DNA of 64,000 bases. Source: an uncultured Chloroflexia bacterium. GTDB taxonomy: Bacteria > Chloroflexota > Limnocylindria > QHBO01. Numbering within the stretch: position 1 is the stretch's first letter; each line of letters opens with the position of its first letter. The DNA lies in NCBI GenBank assembly GCA_963825905.1, contig CAWGUL010000007.1, positions 737,564-801,563 on the forward strand, given 5' to 3'. Positions 49,667 through 64,000 of the stretch are shown piece by piece. The notes under the pieces are model-generated. The model did not search any database. It had not been told where the DNA came from and was given only the letters and a program-made list of their open reading frames with translations. The translations under genes and the position numbers were made by a program.

Positions 49667-50500
49667 CTAGCCTCGCCCATATCGACGGCGGACGATCATC
49701 TTGTTGCTGGCGTTCTTGCGGGCGCGGGTTCGAAGGCCCATCGCCGGCTTGCCCCACGGCGTCTTCGGCGGCATGCCGGTCGGCGACTTGCCCTCGCCAC
49801 CGCCGTGCGGGTGGTCGCGCGGGTTCATCACCGAGCCGCGAACCTCGGGCCGCTGGCCCATGTGGCGCGCGCGGCCGGCCTTGCCGAGCTTCTGGTTCTC
49901 GTGATCGAGGTTGCTCACCTGGCCCACCGTCGCCATGCAGTCGATGCGCACGCGGCGCACCTCGCCAGACGGCAGGCGCAGGGTCGCGAACTCCCCCTCC
50001 TTGGCGAGCAGCTGGGCGCTGCTGCCGGCGGAGCGCACGATCTGGCCGCCGCGGCCGGCGACGAGCTCGATGTTATGGACCTGGGTGCCGAGCGGCACCC
50101 GCGACAGGGGGAGGGCGTTGCCGGTCCGCGCCTCCGCGTCCGGGCCGGAGACGACGCGATCGCCGACCCCGAGCCCGTGCGGCAGGAGCATGTAGCGCTT
50201 CTCGCCGTCGGCGTAATGGAGCAGGCCGATCCGCGCCGAGCGGTTGGGGTCGTACTCGACCGTCGCGATCCGCGCCGGCACGCCGGGCTTGTCACGCTTC
50301 CAGTCGATGATCCGGTAGAGCCGCTTGTGGCCGCTCCCCTGGTGGCGCACCGTCAGCTTGCCCTGCGCGTTGCGCCCGGCCTTGCTGAACGACCGCTCGG
50401 TGAGCGGCTTGTGCGGCGTGTCCTTCGTGATCTCGTCGAACGTCGAGCGGGTCATCTGTCGAAGACCCGGGCTCGTCGGTCGATAGCTGCGCAATGGCAT
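49667..50500 (-). CDS. rplB: 50S ribosomal protein L2
   Basis: 277 aa, [19 protein letters not shown]... signature. Confidence 0.95.
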   Translation of the reverse strand: MPLRSYRPTSPGLRQMTRSTFDEITKDTPHKPLTERSFSKAGRNAQGKLTVRHQGSGHKRLYRIIDWKRDKPGVPARIATVEYDPNRSARIGLLHYADGEKRYMLLPHGLGVGDRVVSGPDAEARTGNALPLSRVPLGTQVHNIELVAGRGGQIVRSAGSSAQLLAKEGEFATLRLPSGEVRRVRIDCMATVGQVSNLDHENQKLGKAGRARHMGQRPEVRGSVMNPRDHPHGGGEGKSPTGMPPKTPWGKPAMGLRTRARKNASNKMIVRRRYGRG

Positions 50501-50503
50501 CGT

Positions 50504-50800
50504 CTATACCGCCTCGAAGAGCTCGATCTTCTGGCCCGCCGCGATCGTCACGATCGCCTTGCGCCAGCCGGGCACCATGCCGAGCGTCTTGCGGCCGCGC
50601 CGCTTCTGCTTCGGCTTCACGCTGAGGACCCGGACGCCGAGCACGTCGACCTTGAACTCGGCTTCGACCGCGGCCTTGATCTGGAACTTGTTCGCATCCC
50701 GTGCGACCGCGAACGTGTAGTTGTTGCGCTCGGTCTCGATGACGCTCTTCTCGCTCACCACCGGCCGCAGCAGGACGTCGTGCATCCCCACGGAGCTCAC
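50504..50800 (-). CDS. rplW: 50S ribosomal protein L23
   Basis: GTG 50800 overlaps the rplD stop (GTGA), alternative ATG 50785. MHDVLLRPVVSEKS...; the upstream ORF extension is artefact. Confidence 0.9.
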   Translation of the reverse strand: MSSVGMHDVLLRPVVSEKSVIETERNNYTFAVARDANKFQIKAAVEAEFKVDVLGVRVLSVKPKQKRRGRKTLGMVPGWRKAIVTIAAGQKIELFEAV

Positions 50801-51420
50801 GCGTACACCTCCTGGACCCGATCGAGCGCGTCCCGGGTGAGGACGATCGTGTCGGCGCCGAGCAGGTCGACGACGTTGAGGCTGTCGGCGAGGATCACGC
50901 GGACTTCCGGCAGGTTGCGGGCCGAGCGCTCGACGATCTCGTCGCGAGCGGCGAGGACCAGGAGGACCTTGCCCTCCGCCTTCCAGCCGCCGAGGCGGCC
51001 GAGGAACTCCTTCGTGCCGATCTCCGCGAGGTCGAAGCCGGCGACCACGCGCAGCGCACCGTCCGCCGACTTGGCGGTGAGCACGCCGCGCAGCGCGGCG
51101 CGCCGCATCTTCGCGTTCATCTTCATCTCGTGGTCGCGCGGATGCGGTCCGAAGACGACGCCGCCGCCCTTCCAGTGCGGCGCGGTCCGGGTGCCCTGGC
51201 GCGCGCGCCCGGTGCCCTTCTGGCGCCATGGCTTCTTGCCTCCGCCGGCGACCTCGCCGCGCGTCAGCGTGTCGGAGGTGCCGACGCGGCGCGCCGCGAG
51301 CTGGCGGACCACCGCCTGGTGGATGAGGGTCTCGTTCACCGGGGCGTCGAAGATCGCGTCGGCCAGCTCGACCGTGTCGCCATCCTTCCCCGCCGCGGTG
51401 AGGATCTTCGTGGTGGGCAT
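50797..51420 (-). CDS. rplD: 50S ribosomal protein L4
   Basis: 207 aa canonical L4. Confidence 0.95.
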   Translation of the reverse strand: MPTTKILTAAGKDGDTVELADAIFDAPVNETLIHQAVVRQLAARRVGTSDTLTRGEVAGGGKKPWRQKGTGRARQGTRTAPHWKGGGVVFGPHPRDHEMKMNAKMRRAALRGVLTAKSADGALRVVAGFDLAEIGTKEFLGRLGGWKAEGKVLLVLAARDEIVERSARNLPEVRVILADSLNVVDLLGADTIVLTRDALDRVQEVYA

Positions 51421-51423
51421 CGT

Positions 51424-52047
51424 CTACTTCGCCTTCTGCACGAGCAGCAGGCCGTTGCGCGCCCCCGGCACCGCACCCTTGACGAGGATGAGGTTCCGCT
51501 CGGGATCCACCCGCACGACCTTGAGCTTCTTGACGGTCACCCGGTCGTCGCCGAGGTGGCCCGCCATCTTGGTGTTCTTGAAGACGCGGCCCGGCGTCGT
51601 GCCAGCGCCGACCGAGCCGGGCTGGCGGTAGTTGTTCGAGCCGTGCGTCTTGGGACCGCGCTGGAAGTGGTGCCGCTTGATCGTGCCGGCGAACCCCTTG
51701 CCCTTGCTCGTCCCGGTGATGTCGACCAGGTCGCCGGCCGCGAAGAGCGACACGTCGATCTGCTGGCCGGCTGCGTACTCCGCCGCCTCGTCGATCCGCA
51801 CCTCGCGGACGTGCCGCGGGCGCTGGAGCTCCTTGGGCAGCGCGCTGAACTGGCCGGCCACCGGCTTCGTGACACGCTTCGCGCTCCCCGCCCCGAGCTG
51901 CAGGGCGAGGTACCCGTCCTGCTCGACGGTGCGGAGTCGCGTGATGGTGTTGGGCGTCGCTTCGATGACGCTCACCGGGACGACGCTGCCGTCGTCACCG
52001 AAGATTCGCGTCATGCCGAGCTTGCGCCCGATCAACCCTGCCGGCAT
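51424..52047 (-). CDS. rplC: 50S ribosomal protein L3
   Basis: 207 aa canonical L3. Confidence 0.95.
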   Translation of the reverse strand: MPAGLIGRKLGMTRIFGDDGSVVPVSVIEATPNTITRLRTVEQDGYLALQLGAGSAKRVTKPVAGQFSALPKELQRPRHVREVRIDEAAEYAAGQQIDVSLFAAGDLVDITGTSKGKGFAGTIKRHHFQRGPKTHGSNNYRQPGSVGAGTTPGRVFKNTKMAGHLGDDRVTVKKLKVVRVDPERNLILVKGAVPGARNGLLLVQKAK

Positions 52048-52098
52048 TGCTGATGGTCCCTTTCGATGGCGGATGAGGGGCGGACGAGCCGCCCCGCA

Positions 52099-52407
52099 TC
52101 ACATCTTGATCTCGATATCCACGCCTGCGGCCAGGCTGAGCCGCATGAGCGCATCCACCGTCTTCGTCGACGGATCGATGATGTCGATCAGGCGCTTGTG
52201 CGTCCTGATCTCGAACTGCTCCCGTCCATCCTTGTGCACGAACGGCCCGCGGATGACGGTGTACTTCTCGATCCGGGTCGGCAACGGCACCGGGCCGGCC
52301 ACGTCGGCGCCGGTGCGCTGCGCGGTCTCCACAATCTGCTCGGCGGATGCGTCGAGCAGCTTGTGGTCGTAGGCCTTGAGACGGATGCGGATGCGCTGCT
52401 TGGCCAT
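52099..52407 (-). CDS. rpsJ: 30S ribosomal protein S10
   Basis: 102 aa canonical S10. Confidence 0.95.
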   Translation of the reverse strand: MAKQRIRIRLKAYDHKLLDASAEQIVETAQRTGADVAGPVPLPTRIEKYTVIRGPFVHKDGREQFEIRTHKRLIDIIDPSTKTVDALMRLSLAAGVDIEIKM

Positions 52408-52412
52408 GACGG

Positions 52413-53615
52413 TCAGCCGATGACCTCGGTGATCACGCCCGCACCGACCGTATGGCCGCCCTCGCGAATCGCGAAGCGCTGCCCCTGCTCGATGGCGATC
52501 GGCGTGATCAGCTCGACGTCGATGTTGACGTTGTCGCCCGGCATGATCATCTCCACGCCCTGCGGCAGCCCGATCGCGCCGGTCACATCGGTCGTCCGAA
52601 GATAGAACTGCGGCCGATACCCGGAGTAGAACGGCGTGTGGCGGCCACCCTCGTCCTTGCCGAGGACGTAGACCTCGGCCTTGAACTTCGTGCCCGGCTT
52701 CACGCTGCCCGGCTTGGCGAGCACCTGCCCGCGCTCGATCTCCTCGCGCTCGATGCCGCGCAGGAGCAGCCCGACGTTGTCGCCCGCCTGTCCGTCGTCG
52801 AGGGTCTTCTTGAACATCTCGACGCCGGTGACGACGAGCGAGCGGGCCTTGGCATGGATGCCGACCTGCTCGACGCTGTCGCCGGTGTGGACGACGCCGC
52901 GCTCGATGCGGCCGGTGGCCACGGTGCCGCGGCCCTTGATGCCGAAGACGTCCTCGATCGGCATGAGGAACGGCTTGTCCGTCTCACGCACCGGGGTCGG
53001 GATGTAGTTGTCGACCGCATCCATCAGCTCCTTGATCGAGGCGTACTCGGGAGCGTCGGGATCGGTGCTCGTCGACTCGAGCGCCTTGAGCGCCGAGCCG
53101 CGGATGACCGGGATGTCGTCGCCGGGGAAGTCCTGCTTGCTGAGGAGCTCGCGGACCTCCATCTCGACGAGGTCGACGAGCATCTCGTCATCGACCATGT
53201 CGACCTTGTTGAGGTAGACGACGAGGCTCGGCACCTCGACCTGGCGGGCAAGCAGGATGTGCTCGCGCGTCTGGGGCATCGGGCCGTCGGCGGCGGACAC
53301 GACGAGGATCGCCCCGTCCATCTGCGCGGCGCCGGTGATCATGTTCTTGATGTAGTCGGCGTGCCCGGGGCAGTCGACGTGGGCGTAGTGCCGCTTCTCG
53401 GTCTGGTACTCGACGTGGCTGATCGCGATCGTGATGCCACGCTGGCGCTCTTCCGGCGCGTTGTCGATCTGGTCGAAGGCGCGGAAGTCCGCGCCGCCCT
53501 TGAGCGACAGGTACTTCGTGATGGCGGCCGTCAGCGTGGTCTTGCCGTGGTCGACATGACCGATCGTCCCCACGTTCACGTGCGGCTTGCTGCGGTCGAA
53601 CTTCTGCTTGGCCAT
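52413..53615 (-). CDS. tuf: elongation factor Tu
   Basis: 400 aa, [14 protein letters not shown] and NKVD GTPase motifs. Confidence 0.97.
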   Translation of the reverse strand: MAKQKFDRSKPHVNVGTIGHVDHGKTTLTAAITKYLSLKGGADFRAFDQIDNAPEERQRGITIAISHVEYQTEKRHYAHVDCPGHADYIKNMITGAAQMDGAILVVSAADGPMPQTREHILLARQVEVPSLVVYLNKVDMVDDEMLVDLVEMEVRELLSKQDFPGDDIPVIRGSALKALESTSTDPDAPEYASIKELMDAVDNYIPTPVRETDKPFLMPIEDVFGIKGRGTVATGRIERGVVHTGDSVEQVGIHAKARSLVVTGVEMFKKTLDDGQAGDNVGLLLRGIEREEIERGQVLAKPGSVKPGTKFKAEVYVLGKDEGGRHTPFYSGYRPQFYLRTTDVTGAIGLPQGVEMIMPGDNVNIDVELITPIAIEQGQRFAIREGGHTVGAGVITEVIG

Positions 53616-53642
53616 GTGTCCTTCGTGGCTCCTTTCGTTCGC

Positions 53643-55747
<2,105 letters not shown>

Positions 55748-55752
55748 CTGGG

Positions 55753-56226
55753 CTACCACTTGAAGTGGCTGAAGGCCTTGTTCGCCTCGGCCATCCGGTG
55801 CGTATCCTCGCGGCGCTTCACGGCCGCGCCGACGCCGTTCGCGGCGTCCATGAACTCGAAGGCGAGCTTCTCCGCCATGCTCTTGCCGTTCCGCTTGCGC
55901 GCGGCGTCGATCAGCCAGCGCATGCCGAGCGAGACGCGGCGATCCGCGCGCACCTCGACCGGGATCTGGTACGTGGAGCCGCCGACGCGCTTGGGCTTGA
56001 CCTCGATCAGGGGCATCGCGTTCCGAAGCGCCTGCTCCATGACCTCGACCCCGGAGCGACCGGCGGACGACTCGATCCGCGTCAGTGCGTTCTCCAGGAT
56101 GCGGCCCGCGAGCGCGCGCTTGCCGCCGCGCATCAGCTTGTTCGTGAGCTGATCCATGGTGAGCGCGGTGCCGGCCAGCTGGGCGGCGTACTTCTCCTTG
56201 CGGGCGACGGTGGCACGACGTGGCAT
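55753..56226 (-). CDS. rpsG: 30S ribosomal protein S7
   Basis: 157 aa, ...[14 protein letters not shown]...[21 protein letters not shown]. Confidence 0.95.
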   Translation of the reverse strand: MPRRATVARKEKYAAQLAGTALTMDQLTNKLMRGGKRALAGRILENALTRIESSAGRSGVEVMEQALRNAMPLIEVKPKRVGGSTYQIPVEVRADRRVSLGMRWLIDAARKRNGKSMAEKLAFEFMDAANGVGAAVKRREDTHRMAEANKAFSHFKW

Positions 56227-56229
56227 GGC

Positions 56230-56649
56230 CTAGCCCTTCCCCGCCGACTTCGCGCCGTACTTGCTGCGGCTCTGCTTGCGGTCACGGACGCCGGCCGCGT
56301 CGAGCGTGCCGCGCACGATGTGGTACTTCACCGCCGGCAGGTCCTTGACCCGACCGCCGCGAACCAGCACCACCGAGTGCTCCTGGAGGTTGTGGCCGAT
56401 GCCGGGGATGTAGGCGGTGACCTCCATCCCGTTCGTCAGGCGGACGCGCGCGACCTTCCGCAGGGCCGAGTTCGGCTTCTTCGGGGTGCGGGTCATCACC
56501 TGGAGGCAGACACCACGGCGCTGCGGAGCGCCGCGCCCCTCGGACGCGGTCTGCTTCAGCGTGTTGAAGGTGCGGCGCAGTGCCGGCGCCTTGATCTTCT
56601 TGTGTACCGGCTGCCGACCCCTTCGGACCAGCTGGCTGATGGTTGGCAA
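56230..56649 (-). CDS. rpsL: 30S ribosomal protein S12
   Basis: 139 aa, [19 protein letters not shown]. Confidence 0.95.
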   Translation of the reverse strand: MPTISQLVRRGRQPVHKKIKAPALRRTFNTLKQTASEGRGAPQRRGVCLQVMTRTPKKPNSALRKVARVRLTNGMEVTAYIPGIGHNLQEHSVVLVRGGRVKDLPAVKYHIVRGTLDAAGVRDRKQSRSKYGAKSAGKG

Positions 56650-56822
56650 CTACGTTCCTCGCGCGTTCGCGTACGACCGCCCTGATTCGTGGCTCGAAAT
56701 GGACCGATCCGGACCGAGACGCACGCCCACGACGGCGAGCATCGGTGATGTCGGTGGATGGATCGGCGCATGCCCGGGAGGGCACACACAAAGCGTCCCG
56801 ATTCACGGGACACCGAAGGCGG

Positions 56823-56852
56823 AGTATAGGGGTCGCCGAGGCCGACTGTCAA
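56823..56852 (-). promoter_or_regulatory. near-consensus sigma-70 promoter (TTGACA-N18-TATACT) for the rpsL-rpsG-fusA-tuf operon
   Basis: On the minus strand TTGACA is at 56852..56847 and TATACT at 56828..56823, about 170 nt upstream of the rpsL start, implying a long structured leader. Confidence 0.5.
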
Positions 56853-56901
56853 CCGAGCGGGAGCTCGGGCGAGCCCCACGCGAGCCCGCGCCAACGGCGA
56901 G

Positions 56902-56926
56902 GGCGGCCCGCGTGGAGCGGGCCGCC
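56902..56926 (-). terminator. perfect 10-bp GC palindrome 3' of rpoC (candidate terminator/attenuator)
   Basis: GGCGGCCCGC-gtgga-GCGGGCCGCC lies about 30 nt downstream of the rpoC stop; no U-tract follows. Confidence 0.4.
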
Positions 56927-56957
56927 TTCGGTCGGTTTCGGGCGCCGGGGCGTCAGG

Positions 56958-61457
<4,500 letters not shown>

Positions 61458-61582
61458 GTGCTGCTACGACTCCTGCGGCCTGCCGGCCGCGTGTGGCGCG
61501 CTGCGCCGAGGCTGACCGAACCTCGGCGTCGGGTGAACCGATGGGTGCGGGTCGCGGCGCCGTCACGGCGCCGCTCCCCGAG

Positions 61583-64000
<2,418 letters not shown>

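Overview
A 64-kb window from a high-GC (roughly 70–72%) bacterial chromosome; almost every gene is on the minus strand. The left 0–35 kb holds housekeeping loci: dnaG (with a possible sigA-like N-terminus at the window edge), a divergent ECF-sigma/ZAS anti-sigma pair, ppdK, corA, glyQS, recO, a polyprenyl synthase coupled to tspO, glmU, ridA, an rsmA(ksgA)/ispE ORF with no stop between the two enzymes, and the t6A cluster tsaD-rimI-tsaB-tsaE. These are followed by alr, the NAD(P)H-hydrate dehydratase, acpS, glmS, glmM, cdaR and cdaA. Between tsaE and alr sits a translationally coupled block of eight uncharacterized genes (hypothetical protein, MutL-like ASKHA ATPase, four membrane proteins, small ORF, macro-domain protein); this is the best candidate for an undescribed system. 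The right 35–64 kb is the classical ribosomal/RNAP super-operon on the minus strand: rpoB(partial)-rpoC, rpsL-rpsG-fusA-tuf, S10/spc/alpha operons, secY-adk-map-infA-rpmJ-rpsMKD-rpoA-rplQ-truA-rplM-rpsI. The six-frame track shows rpoB, fusA, rplF and secY each split across frames by single-nucleotide frameshifts, and rplO/secY and rsmA/ispE lack the expected stop codons. Together with lineage-specific insertions in RpoB and RpoC, a zinc-ribbon L24 and extended L5/L15, this is the dominant anomaly of the window. No rRNA, tRNA, CRISPR or mobile elements were seen. Start codons (many GTG/TTG) were placed using homolog N-termini and GTGA/ATGA overlaps; positions of small motifs are accurate to about ±2 nt.
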